From positions 288,001 to 352,000 of the forward strand of contig CAXMWX010000005.1 in NCBI GenBank assembly GCA_963422205.2: 64,000 nucleotides of DNA. The letters are read 5' to 3'. Source of the DNA: Gammaproteobacteria bacterium (GTDB lineage: Bacteria > Pseudomonadota > Gammaproteobacteria > Eutrophobiales > Eutrophobiaceae). Below, piece after piece: positions 52,801-63,713 of this stretch. The notes beneath the pieces were generated by a model. The model was given only the letters and a program-made list of their open reading frames with translations. It was not told where the DNA came from and did not search any database. A program made the position numbers and the translations under genes. Positions within the stretch are counted from its first letter, which is position 1; the number at the start of each line of letters is the position of its first letter.

Positions 52801-54150
52801 CACTGCTGACCACCAACAGGCCGCGTGCGGTCTCGCCTGCGGTGCGGATGCTGCCACCGCTAAAGGTCGCCGATGCGGTGCCACTGGTACTGCGACTAGC
52901 GAGCGCCACTCCGTGCCCCCGCGGGCCGCGGGTGGTGATGCTGCCGCCGGTGATCTCGGCGGTGAGGCTGGCGGTGGTCGCGCTGTCGTTGTTGGTGGCA
53001 AAGAGTCCGTAGGCTTCGGCGGCGGTGATGGTTGCGGTCGAGCCCCCATTACCACCCCACATATACAGGCCACTCGAACCATCCCCGGTGGTGGTGATGC
53101 TGCCGCTGAATAGTTCCATCCGCGCCGTGCCGCCAGCGCCTCTTTGGAGAGCAAATACGCCACGCGAATACCTGCCGCTGGCGGTAATCACGCCGTTACC
53201 GTTCATGATGGCGGTTGAGGAATTATTATCGGTGTCTGCCGACACGCCATGGCTAAAATTGCCGCTGGTGGTGATGCTGCCGCCACTGAACCTGGCCGTA
53301 GCCGTGGCGTTGCTAAAAGTGCCAAAGAGAATGCCGAAGCTGCTGGCTAACACCCCGTGACCCGAGTCGCCATTGGTGATGATGCCGCCGCCCATGCCGA
53401 TGCTGGCCTCCCCGGTGCTGGTGCTGTGACTGTGTAGCCCGTAGGCGGTGCGGCTGGGGTCGCCCCCCCCATCGCCAGAGGTGATGCCGCCGCCGCTCAT
53501 CAGGATACTGATTTCATTGTCTTTTACCGATGGCACGGGGGGTGCTGCAACGCCCGTGGCATTGCCATTGAGCGTCGCCTGCGGGAGGTTAGCGGTGCTG
53601 GCACTCACGCCGTGGGCACCGAAGCTCATGGTGGTGATGGTGCCAGCCGCCAGCGTGACGTTGACATCGCCGCTGCCAAAGTGGCGGGCAAGCAGCCCAT
53701 GCGCCCGCTGGTTGGTGGTGGTGATGGTATCAAAACGGGTGGCGTTGATGGTGATGGGGGCGCTGGAGGTGGGGGAGCCAAGCACCACCACTGCATCGCC
53801 GTTGGAGTTGAACAAGTTAGGAAGAGCTTCTCCCACCCGACTGATGTCGCGACTCAGGCCCAATGTATCGATGCCTGCGCCGCTGGTGCGGATGCGTAAC
53901 ATCGCATCGTTCAGGTTTAGGGTCAACCCATCTACGCCCAGGCCATTGTAGACCGTGGTGCCCTGCACCAACCCGTAGGTGATGTTGTTTGTGGGGGTGG
54001 TGTAAGTGGTGGTGGTGCAGGTGACTGTGTTGCTATCTGCCGGAATCGCCCCGCATTCTGCCTCCGCATGGGACTGCTTGGGGTTGATCATGGGGCCGAT
54101 AAGCAGGGCAAAGGCGGCAAGCCTTGCCTTGTATCGGAAATTGGTGGAAT
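49848..54150 (-). CDS. Large autotransporter/adhesin, split by a frameshift ~51460
   Basis: Signal-like KARLAAFALLIGPMINPKQSHA upstream of the called ATG; GGSITT and TGGxGxDxF repeats; Pro/Thr linker; C-terminal beta-barrel ending RLEYAY; start codon uncertain. Confidence 0.82.
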
Positions 54151-54448
54151 TGGGTTTTAGGTGGTTCTTTAGGTAGCTCTTATATAAGTAGCCCCTATAT
54201 AAATATCTCCCGTAGAAATATTCTCTTAATAATCTTATAAATTTTTGATTTAATTGGTTTTTTATTTGTGGGTGGGGGGTAGATTGATAAACCGCAGGCA
54301 GTAGAGAAGCGGCTGCCCAACTGTTGGTTGTCTGGCATGGCGGTGGTGTAAAGGTATTCGCTGGTGGTGTGATTTATCATGGTCATGCTCCTGTCGTTTG
54401 TTAAGCCTAGGGTATTTGTCATTGGTGGGTCGGACGTTGCCTGTCGGG

Positions 54449-54910
54449 TTACTGGCTGAACAGCTTCCAGAACATGGCCAGGGTAAAAGCCAGATTGAAA
54501 CCGACCATCCAGTGAACCAGATTGATCTTGGCCGTTAGTTTAGTATCTACGTTGTCGATCTTGGCATCCAGCCTGGTTACGTCATCCTTCAAGCCTTGTG
54601 TATCTTTTTTCACCTCGTCCTTGAATGCCTGCATGTCGTCCTTCAAGCCTTGCGTATCCGCTTTCACCTCGTCCTTGAATGCCTGCATGTCATCCTTCAA
54701 GCCTTGTGCATCTTTTTTCACCTCCTCTTTGAATACCTGCATGTCGTCCTTCAGCTTCTGAATATCCTCTTTGGTCGCTACCCGAGTATTCAGGGCTTCA
54801 CTAAAAGCATCGTTAATGGCCTCCGCTTCGGCCTCAGCCTGCCGTTCAGGGACGCCGACCTCTTTCAGTCGGCGGGTAAATTTCAGTGTGTCAAAGGCGA
54901 CTTGGCTCAT
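54449..54910 (-). CDS. DUF1640/CCDC90-like coiled-coil membrane-anchored protein with three 18-aa repeats
   Basis: AFDTLKFTRRLKEVG..QAEA, VATKEDI, KDDMQAFKDEVKxDTQGL repeats, C-terminal TM. Confidence 0.85.
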   Translation of the reverse strand: MSQVAFDTLKFTRRLKEVGVPERQAEAEAEAINDAFSEALNTRVATKEDIQKLKDDMQVFKEEVKKDAQGLKDDMQAFKDEVKADTQGLKDDMQAFKDEVKKDTQGLKDDVTRLDAKIDNVDTKLTAKINLVHWMVGFNLAFTLAMFWKLFSQ

Positions 54911-54969
54911 GGGTTCAGTGACTCTTTGTTGTCATGGCGTTGATGAGGGCTTTGCGTTTTTTCATATTT

Positions 54970-55236
54970 TTATCCTGAGAATGCCTTGATGACCAGACTG
55001 GCGACACCGGCGATCAGCACACCAAACATCCAGTAAATGTGATTGATCTTGCCCTCCAGACGCTCGATATTGGCCTGCATCTGCCCTCGCAGACGTTCGA
55101 CTTCCGTTTGTATCTTGCCTTCCAGACGTTCAATGTCGGCCTTGGTGGCAACGCCCTGATCCACGTATTCGGTGATGGCCTCCACCTGCTCACGGGAGAA
55201 ACCGGCGTCTTCAAGTTTGAATGCGGCGTTGGTCAT
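54970..55236 (-). CDS. DUF1640-like paralog
   Basis: LEDAGFSREQVEAI, VATKADI, C-terminal TM (WMFGVLIAG). Confidence 0.75.
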   Translation of the reverse strand: MTNAAFKLEDAGFSREQVEAITEYVDQGVATKADIERLEGKIQTEVERLRGQMQANIERLEGKINHIYWMFGVLIAGVASLVIKAFSG

Positions 55237-55281
55237 AGTGGTGTTCCTCTTCGGTTATGATGCTGTTTTCGCAAGCGCGGG

Positions 55282-55400
55282 TCAGGCTGCCGGAATGAAC
55301 AGCTTCCAGAGTATACCCATGGTCAGAATGAAATTAAAGCCGGACATCCATTTCAGTAAACGCTGCTCGGCCCGGACTTGAGAGAGGTGTTCAAGGCCGC
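55282..55400 (-). pseudogene. C-terminal remnant of a third DUF1640-like gene
   Basis: LLKWMSGFNFILTMGILWKLF parallels VHWMVGFNLAFTLAMFWKLF of the 54449 gene. Confidence 0.6.
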
Positions 55401-55903
55401 CGTCGATTATTATCGGAACAACGCTTCCCCTTAGCTGGCCCTTAGCTGGTTGCCGGTGTGCCGGTCCGCCTCTGCATCCATTGGCTTGAGCCCCGTAAAG
55501 CTGCAAGTTTTGAAACACGCGATGCGGTACATAAAGGCATGGCATTGGAAGATGAGCGTTATAAAGATCAGATTGAGGCAAACCCGGGGAGGCGGATGCG
55601 GGTGCGGCCTGGAAGAGCAGGCGCTGACCAAAGGAAATGTTACTCTAACCCCAATTATCGCATCTTCATCGCCATTGTAGGTACTGGCATGAATGAAATG
55701 ATATTTTGTCCCGCAAGGTTTAATCGATCCCTTCATAGCTATTGTTTGGATTAACCATAGATAGAAACCCTATAGTGGCACATCACCGTCTCCTTGCACA
55801 TTTAGATTTGATGCTATGGTCAAAAAACTAGTAAGAGGAAAATAAATTTCATAATTAGAGATTCAAGTTATGAGGTTTGTCTTGTACTTAGGTTAGGATT
55901 TAG

Positions 55904-56231
55904 CTAAATCCCTAACACGAGAATACATAGGCCGAACAGAAAAAATAATCCTTGACCGATACCAGCAATACGCACTGGAACAGCGCCAAAGGGATCTTTA
56001 TCACTATCATAAAGTGGCCAAGGGGCTGTGAGTAGTACTACAACACCACAAATTAACACCACAAATTGCACTGATCAAGAAAGGTACGAGTATAAATTTA
56101 ATACTACAGCTTGCCAGATCCGCATTTTCTTCTGCGAAAGCCGCTAAGAAGGCTATTAGAGCCACACAAATGGTTATTTGCTGCTTGACTACCTCAAGGG
56201 TTATGTCTATGCGCTTTTCTTCTCTATCCAC
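55904..56231 (-). pseudogene. Three-TM membrane protein frameshifted by a 13-bp tandem duplication
   Basis: Removing one AACACCACAAATT copy (56042-56067) gives a clean 104-aa ORF ending GLFFLFGLCILVLGI*. Confidence 0.7.
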
Positions 56232-56232
56232 A

Positions 56233-56562
56233 CTAATTCCGAGTAGTCGGGGGTGTACAAACAAACATAATCCCACACTCTCGAATTGCCTCTATAAGGT
56301 CATCTAAAACTGCTTCTGTGCGACCATGGGTATTAGTTATATTTGCTATGCGGCGACCAAAAAACTCATATTGTGAAGATATGAAATCTGAAGAATAGGG
56401 TTCTGCTGTGGGGAGCGACAGATAAAGCCGTAAGGCGTTTTGGATGTAGTCTCCAGCAAGTCCTTCAATCTCACCAGAAGAAATCTGTCTGCGCTCTTGA
56501 ATTGAAAAAAAAGCGCGATGCGCCTTAGTAGAAATGTCTTCGAGTTCGTCTATTGATGCCAT
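56233..56562 (-). CDS. Hypothetical protein (low GC), operonic with the 3-TM gene
   Basis: 109-aa ORF whose stop lies 1 bp from the next start. Confidence 0.55.
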   Translation of the reverse strand: MASIDELEDISTKAHRAFFSIQERRQISSGEIEGLAGDYIQNALRLYLSLPTAEPYSSDFISSQYEFFGRRIANITNTHGRTEAVLDDLIEAIRECGIMFVCTPPTTRN

Positions 56563-56706
56563 TAATTTAGAGCCAAGTTTTGTGTTTTCTTAATAATTGA
56601 ATAACTGGGGTCAGAGTAACATTTTTTGCACCTGGCCTCAAGGATGAGTATGAGTCCACCGCCTAATCAATCGCAACAAAAAATGCAATATGTGGTGGAC
56701 TCATAC

Positions 56707-57042
56707 AGCACAGCGTCTTAAGTGTGCTGACATTCTGGGACAAGCATGGTTTAGCCGCCACCCTTGACCACAGTGGCAGTGGTTCGACAAGCTCACCCAC
56801 CAGAGCCGCCGTACCCTGTATGCCTGGCGCAAAGCCTACCGCGAGTGGGGACTGTCTGGCTTGTGTCCGACCCCCAAAGCACCGAAGCGCACTCGTCGCT
56901 GACCACAAGCGGTTATCCAGCAGATACGCCAACGGCGCCAAGACCTGCCCAATCTGGGCAAAGAGCAGTGCCAGGTGCTGATCAAACCCTGGTGTCAGGC
57001 CAGGGGATTGCCCTGTCCCAGTGCCTCCACCATCGGTCGCCC
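56707..57042 (+). mobile_element. Internal fragment of the same IS481-like element
   Basis: Near-identical to the reverse complement of ~30570-30925. Confidence 0.85.
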
Positions 57043-57074
57043 CTTCCGATGCAGTGCATTACAGATTCTGAGTT

Positions 57075-57594
57075 GGATGGTACCGGGCCCATCGGGCTGG
57101 CGACAGCTTACTGGGCAAAATTTTTAGGCGCCCGACATGTGATTGTCAGTGAACTGGATCGCAACCGCCTAAGCATGGCGGAAAATTTCTGTGCCACCGG
57201 AATCATCGATTCGAATAAGGAAGAAGTGAAGCCACAATTTGAAAAGCTGTCCGGCAGCACGCCCGATGTAATATTCGAGTGCGTTGGCATCCCCGGCATG
57301 ATAGAGTAGTGCGTTGCGTTGGCGGCCCATGGCAGCAGCGTGGTGGTAGGTTATTGTATGCAGCAGGACAGTTTTACTCCGGCCGATACCATGGCAAAAG
57401 AAATTATCATGCACTTTGCCACGGCTTACACGCAGCAGGATTTTCAGTTGGTGACAGACATGATCGCATCAAACCGGGTTGATGCGGAAGTGCTGCATAC
57501 CGACACTGTCGCTTTTGATCGGTTCTCCGAGGTGTTTGAAAGTCTACGCCGCCCAAACCCGCCACGTAAAGTGTTGCTTGATCCGCAGCAGTAG
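57075..57594 (+). pseudogene. Zinc-binding alcohol dehydrogenase C-terminal remnant
   Basis: GTGPIGL and DVIFECVGIPG, internal stop, KVLLDP end. Confidence 0.75.
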
Positions 57595-57612
57595 CAGCAA
57601 GGCCATGCCACA

Positions 57613-58365
57613 TTATTCAATACCGCTCGCCCAGCGGATGCCCCGGCGTAACAACTCATAATACACGGGTAATTCCCAGCTACAGCGATCAATCTGTGGG
57701 TATTCTTCCATTAAGGGCTGCATGTCGTATTTGCCCCGGCAATGCCCAAGGGTGAGATACAACACTTCCCCCTTAGCATAGGGATGCAAGTAAAAAACCA
57801 GATGCGGCCGCTCGGATTGCCAGTCATGCTCCTCAAAATCCGGTACGTCTCCTTTGAAATAACAGTGCAGCAGCGCCTTGTGCTCACCATGATATTCCTG
57901 CAGGTATAATTCATCCACTGTAGTAAAAGGCTCAATGCCGTCCACCAGAGGATGTTTGGGATCAGAGACGTGTACCGCAAACTCACCAACAGGCGGATGG
58001 GCGATAAACTGACTGCCCAGCATCGACATATAATCCGGCGCTGTGCGTGGTGCACCCACCAACAGCGGATCAAAACTCAGCCAGCGGATAATGGAGTTCG
58101 TACCGTGCAGGGCAAACCAGCGCTTGCCGGCGCCAAGAAACTTTTTCAGGGTGTGCAGCTCAGCATCGCCTGGCACGACATCACAGGTGTAAGTAATAAG
58201 AAAATCCACTTTTTCTATCGCTTCGACATCACGATAGTCTTGTGCAACCCTGACCCGAATACACTCATGCTCATACAACAGTTTCAATAATTCAAGGCGG
58301 GCAAAATCAAAATCATGGTATTTACCGCCACAAATCAAGCCGGCATCTATACGCTTACCGCTCAT
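57613..58365 (-). CDS. ThuA-like domain protein
   Basis: GGKYHDFDFARLELL, WFALHGTNS, DELYL and LTLGHCRG. Confidence 0.8.
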   Translation of the reverse strand: MSGKRIDAGLICGGKYHDFDFARLELLKLLYEHECIRVRVAQDYRDVEAIEKVDFLITYTCDVVPGDAELHTLKKFLGAGKRWFALHGTNSIIRWLSFDPLLVGAPRTAPDYMSMLGSQFIAHPPVGEFAVHVSDPKHPLVDGIEPFTTVDELYLQEYHGEHKALLHCYFKGDVPDFEEHDWQSERPHLVFYLHPYAKGEVLYLTLGHCRGKYDMQPLMEEYPQIDRCSWELPVYYELLRRGIRWASGIE

Positions 58366-58418
58366 GTCAACAGATTAATTTTTTCAGCACCCATGGCCAG
58401 GATTCAGCACTTGTCGTC

Positions 58419-59099
58419 TTATGCCAGTTTATCAAATTCCATGTATAATGCTTCAATACCTCGGAGCAGTATATTCGGGGAATGCTCAGGGAGCCGCTTT
58501 CCTTGCGCCAGACGGATATTATCCATGCGCGCCAGGATTCTGCGAAACGCACAATTTACTTCTTCATCTCGCCAGCAATGCACCAATGCATGTGTGAATA
58601 CCTTTACTAAAAGCCATGTGTGGTTTCGTAAACTGCCGGGTAATATCAAACTTTTCAGGATCATCGAAGCGGGCTTCATCGCGATTTGCCGAACCGAAGC
58701 GTAACAACAGTTGACTACCGGCGGGAATATTCACGCCGCCCAAAACAGTATCTTCTGCAGCAACATCAGCATGCCGCTGGAAATCGTATCGGTGGTCGTC
58801 ACATTACCGGCCACGATGAAATGCGTCCGCCCATTTTTTGACCTGCGGTACTTCTTCAAGTGGTACCCCCATTTGCTCGGCAATGATGGAACGACCCAGC
58901 ATGGCCTCTTTGTTTCTGCTGGAGAAGACGTCAGGGTTCATCAGCACCTGTTCCACCAGTTCATAGGTAAAAACCAAAAACACATCCTGCTCCGGCACTT
59001 TATATACGGGTGCCTGTTGCCGGGCGATTGCATTCACCGCAAACGGTTTCTTCAGCGCATCCGCCGCAAAAAATCAATTTCATTGATGGCAGCTACCAT
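58419..59099 (-). pseudogene. Cytochrome P450 remnant
   Basis: AFSKGIHTCIGALLAR haem motif at ~58567-58614 plus N-terminal APVYKVP..NPDVFSS; large deletions. Confidence 0.75.
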
Positions 59100-59318
59100 A
59101 GCAATTTTTATCAGATTTGAAAGATGAACCGACATTAAAAAACTGCATTATTCTATCGGCATAACAAAATAAAAACAAACGGATCAGTCGGTTTTTATTC
59201 CTATCATCAATGATTATAAGGACAGGCAGTGACACAGCTTTCGGAAAAACGTATCATCGCTACCAGGGCTGCAAGCGGCATATTGAAACACTAAAGTCCG
59301 GTGACAATGGTAAAATTA

Positions 59319-59745
59319 TCAAAACATGGCGTTGCCAGCATGATAGCGAGTAGGGCCGAAGGTCTGCTCTTCATTAATATTTTTAAGTGCGCCATCCAGA
59401 GCAAAACGCCAGCCGTGATAAGGACAGCTTAACAGACGAGATGAACCGCACCCCTCTTTCAAACGGGCACGGCGATGTCTACAGGCATTTAGAAATGCAT
59501 GGAATTCACCGCTATCATCCCGGCTTAATAACAGCGGTACACCTAAATCGTTGTGGCGCCTGAAATCGCCGGGATTGAGCAGAGCCGATGAGAAACAAAT
59601 CAAATGTGGGGATTTTGTGAAATTTTTTCTTTTTCGATTGCGAACAATTCCGGATCGGTATACGTAGTGGCAGGATTTCGATAAGGTTTTGATTCGCTGG
59701 CCGTTGCACCCGCATCGTGATAGCCCGGTAAACGCCTGGCAATAT
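59319..59745 (-). pseudogene. Rieske ring-hydroxylating oxygenase alpha-subunit remnant
   Basis: NACRHR...SCPYHGWRF Rieske motif; truncated. Confidence 0.75.
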
Positions 59746-59889
59746 CGGCTAAATAGGCACGTTCATCGATTGATGAATTTCCGAATAACTTGACAATCTG
59801 TTTATTACACTGTGCTTATTATATTTAAGTATATTATTTTTCTTTACCAGTATACAGAAAAACAGGCCGGCCTGTTTGTTTCTTTTCAC

Positions 59890-60850
59890 ATGGCATACAA
59901 AATAGCCGAAGATGTAATATCCGTTAGCGGTTGATAACAAAAACCAGGGAATTTAACGTGGATGCCAGCAATGTCGATACCCTGGTTTATCATCTGGGGC
60001 TGACCGGTATCCCCTTTATGAATGTGGCGAATGGCTGTGCTACTGGCGGCAGCGCCTTGTTGAGCGCCATGAATCCCACCCGTGCAGGTCAATACGATAT
60101 GGGCCTGGGCAAATGGTATGGAGAGATCGGGCTCGCCCTGACCACACAGTTTTTCGCCATGAAGTTACAACGCTACATGTATGATCATGGTATTGGCGCA
60201 GACTCTCTGGTGAGAGTGGCGGAGAGAGCCTACCGGAATGGTGCCGCACACCGTTAAGCTATGAGGCGATCGCCAACTCTCCGATGCTGAATTATCCGCT
60301 GAGAAAATATATGTTTTGCTCGCCATCGGAAGGCAGCGTGGCGTTGCTTGTATGCAATGCCAGACAGGCCCCACGTTATACCGCCAAACCTGTCATACGC
60401 AAGGCCGGCGTGATGTGCCCCCGCCGCTTCGGTACCTTTGAGGTATTCAGTGCCAGTAAATCATTAGTCGATACGCCCGGCCCGACAAGCGATGCTTCAA
60501 AAGCAGCCTGTGAAATCGCCAGGCTGGGGCCCGGAAGACATGGATGTTGTCCAACTTCAGGATAGCGATTCCGGTGCGAAAATCATGCACATGGCTGAAA
60601 ACAGTTTTGTAAAGATGGCGAGCAGACACAGTTACTGCGTGACGGGCAGACACAAATCATCGGCCGCCTGCCGATCAATACGGACGGTGGCTGTCTGGCA
60701 ACTGGTGAGCCGATTGGCGCACCGAGGCTGAGACAGGTGTATGAGATATGCCTGCAACTGCGGGGTGAGGCCGGTGAGCATCAGGTGTCCGGCAAGCCCG
60801 GGTTTACGGCGCCCCCGGCGTTGCCAGCGTCAGCATACTGCAAAGATAAG
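59890..60850 (+). pseudogene. Thiolase family (SCPx / lipid-transfer-like) remnant
   Basis: NVANGCATGG, FCSPSEG, DVVQLQD and LQLRGEAG spread over several frames. Confidence 0.78.
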
Positions 60851-61001
60851 CACGGTGATGAAGGCCGTACAGGCCGTTACGCATGGCGATATTTTCATGT
60901 CCTTGTACCATGTCCCTGTGCGCCGATGATATGGATGATAAAATGATCGGATACATATCTCTTTCAAAAACAATGTTACCAAATCCAATCAGAGGACATC
61001 C

Positions 61002-61790
61002 ATGATGAGTTTTCTAAATGATAAATCCGCCATCGTCCTGGGGGCATCGGAAAGCGGCAGCATCGGTGCTGCCATTGCCAAAAAACTGCGTGATGAGGGC
61101 GCCAGCGTAATGATTGCGGCAAGGCGCAAGGCACAGGTCAATGCACTGGCTGAAGAATTAGGTGTCATAGCCGCCGTGTGCGATATTACGCAAGAACAAC
61201 AGGTTGCAGCGCTGGCAAAAAAAGCTGTGAAGACATTCGGCAAACTCGATATTGCAGTGAATAGCGCCGGTGATGCCATCATGGGTGACATCGCCGCTGC
61301 CAATGAGGATGATATCCGCAAAGCCGTGGATATTCACTTCATCGGCCCGTTGTTCTTCTTTAAGCACATGTCGGCGGCCATTGGCGAGCATGGCTGCATG
61401 ATCACGATTTCCTCTATCACTGCAACCCGGCTGGTTGGTAATCATGCGGCCTATATGGGAGCCAAGGCAGGCACCGATCACATCGTGCGTGTTGCTGCTG
61501 TGGAGTTCGGCCCCAGAAATATTAAAGTCAATTCTGTCTCGCCCGGGTTTACCGATGACACACCCATGTCACGCCCGTTCCTGAAATTAAACGGCATGCG
61601 GGAAGTGTTTGAAAAAGAAATCCCGCTAGGAAGGCTGAATACCGCGCAGGATGTTGCCCATGTGACTGCCTGGCTGTGTCATGATGATACATTCATCACC
61701 GGCCAGAACATCCAGGCAAACGGCGGCAATACCCTGACCCGGCTGCCCAATGCGATGGAACTGGCGGCGGTTATCAAGGCGAATAACTGA
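61002..61790 (+). CDS. SDR family oxidoreductase
   Basis: GASESGSIG, VNSAG, YMGAK and VNSVSPG. Confidence 0.88.
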   Translation: MMSFLNDKSAIVLGASESGSIGAAIAKKLRDEGASVMIAARRKAQVNALAEELGVIAAVCDITQEQQVAALAKKAVKTFGKLDIAVNSAGDAIMGDIAAANEDDIRKAVDIHFIGPLFFFKHMSAAIGEHGCMITISSITATRLVGNHAAYMGAKAGTDHIVRVAAVEFGPRNIKVNSVSPGFTDDTPMSRPFLKLNGMREVFEKEIPLGRLNTAQDVAHVTAWLCHDDTFITGQNIQANGGNTLTRLPNAMELAAVIKANN

Positions 61791-61999
61791 CATGAAGCCG
61801 CCTGCCAACAGGGCTGTTTTTCAAAACCCCCGTGGCATTGATGATCTAAAAACACGTATATGAGGCTGGATCGACAGACTCAACACCGATCTTTTTTATC
61901 CTCGATCACAGCACAGGCAGTGTTATTGTATCTGCTTCCAGGATTGAATATTCAATCCGCACCTCGTCCGGCATCGATCCTGAATGTCGTACCGGTAGT

Positions 62000-62600
62000 C
62001 TAACACGCTTCATCGGAAGCAAAAAAGACAATGGCATTCGTCACATCCTCAGAAACCCCCAGCACTTTAAGCGGCTGGCTCTCTTTATAATACTCCTGCA
62101 TCTGTTCAGCTTGCTCATCACCGTGCTCCCGCATTAGCAATTCACTCCACACTGGTCCGGGCGTCGGCACATGCACCCGTATATCCGGCACCGCATCCAG
62201 TGCCGCGGCCCTGGTCAACATCACGGCGGCGGCCTTGCCGGCATAGTAAGCTGAACATGACTCATGGCCAACCAGACCGGAAAGAGAGGCAACATTGATA
62301 ATTGAGCGGCAAGTGCCCTGCTTGTACATCAAGGCAATACCGTATTTCATTCCCAGAAAAACACTGTCCACATTAACTCGCCACATGCGCTCAAATTCTT
62401 CAGCCGTAGTCTCTTCAATGAACTTCAAAAAAAACATCCGGGCATTGTTGATCAGAATATCCAACTGAGTGAATTTATTATCTGCCGATTCCATGACACG
62501 TTGCCAATCCGCTTCTCTTGTAGCATCCTGCTGCACACACCCGGCCTGACCACCCGCCTCTTTCACCATTGCCAATGTTTCATCGGTACGCTCTTGATTC
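62000..62600 (-). pseudogene. SDR oxidoreductase (hydroxysteroid dehydrogenase-like), N-terminus lost
   Basis: LINNAR, SIINVAS and YYAGK; no GxxxGxG. Confidence 0.7.
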
Positions 62601-62979
62601 CTGCCGGTAAACAGGACTTTCGCCCCCTCTTTGACAAAACGGACAGGGGCATTGCGGCCAATGCAATATTAATGATCGATCCGCTGGCCGGTATACCTTC
62701 TTCAGCACATCTCGGCATGGCGAGGATGGCAGCACGGGTACCGATAAAAGCACCGAAGACATTGACTTTATTCACACGCTGAAACTCGTCAAAATCCATG
62801 TCGGTAATGGGTTTGAGGAGGCATATCCCGGCGTTATTTACCAATATGTCGATTCGCTTGAACGCAGACAAGATAAAATCAAACAGCGCACGCCATCCTT
62901 CTGCATCTGTCACATCCAGATGGCGGTAGCATAACCTGGCACCGGTCACAACGGCAATTTTCTCTTTAACTCGATTCAT
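62600..62979 (-). pseudogene. SDR oxidoreductase fragment
   Basis: KIAVVTGA..HLDVT..DILVNNAG..GSIINI with internal deletions. Confidence 0.7.
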
Positions 62980-63235
62980 GTATATTTGTCCCCAGCCTTG
63001 CCACATTAACCGGAATAGCACTCATGCGTGGTATGCCGGTGTAGGGATCGTAATCGCTATCAACGGCAGTAAGCGACTGGTACAGGCACCCTGCCCGACC
63101 GGATCATCATCGCTACCGGGTATGCCACCCCAGCAATGGGTCATGGATATGACATCGGGGCTGGCATCTTTCGCCGCCTCCACAATGCCCTTGATCGATG
63201 CACGCGCTGAGGTAATTGCAACCATATCGCCTGCG

Positions 63236-63458
63236 GTCAAGGGCGGCGGCCAGGCCATGCTTGTCCCAGAATGTCAGCACACTGACTTGCCTGCGCGCAG
63301 CGCACAAGCAGGGACGCTGTGCAGCGATTTGATTATTCATACCCGCCCTTATCGCATAGCTGCCCATGCGATAAAAGCCTTTCACTCGATACCCTATATG
63401 CTGATATTGCACTCGTTCTCTCACTCTGAGCAGTGCAATAGGTTTCTGAACTTATACA
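63236..63458 (-). mobile_element. 5' terminal fragment of the IS481-like element
   Basis: Terminus TGTATAAGTTCAGAAACCTATTGC; homologous to 30840-31062. Confidence 0.85.
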
Positions 63459-63713
63459 CGAAAAGAAAATTGCGATCCAAGCAATCCTGTTTGTGTAATA
63501 TCTGATAGAACGGCTGCTACTGAGCAACTTGAGTGATGGCCGTCGTCCTGTAGGGACTGATATTATTCCACTCATCACTACTACGCTGACAGCAGAGAGC
63601 AAATTAACGGAAGGAAATATTGCTTATATCATCTGGAGCGCCGAATCCGATACCCATCATATCCCGTTTGCCACAGACATCGGCGGGCAGGATCGAGCAG
63701 AAACAAGCGACCT

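Noticed and set aside
50508-53012. Long plus-strand ORFs (416 and 346 aa)
   Set aside because: Antisense shadows of the GC-rich repetitive autotransporter
55893-55917. Palindrome with GTTAGG/CCTAAC as an attC site
   Set aside because: Too short, and the core sites are in the wrong order for attC
63022-63235. Possible peptidase or hydrolase C-terminal remnant next to the IS fragment
   Set aside because: No motif strong enough to assign
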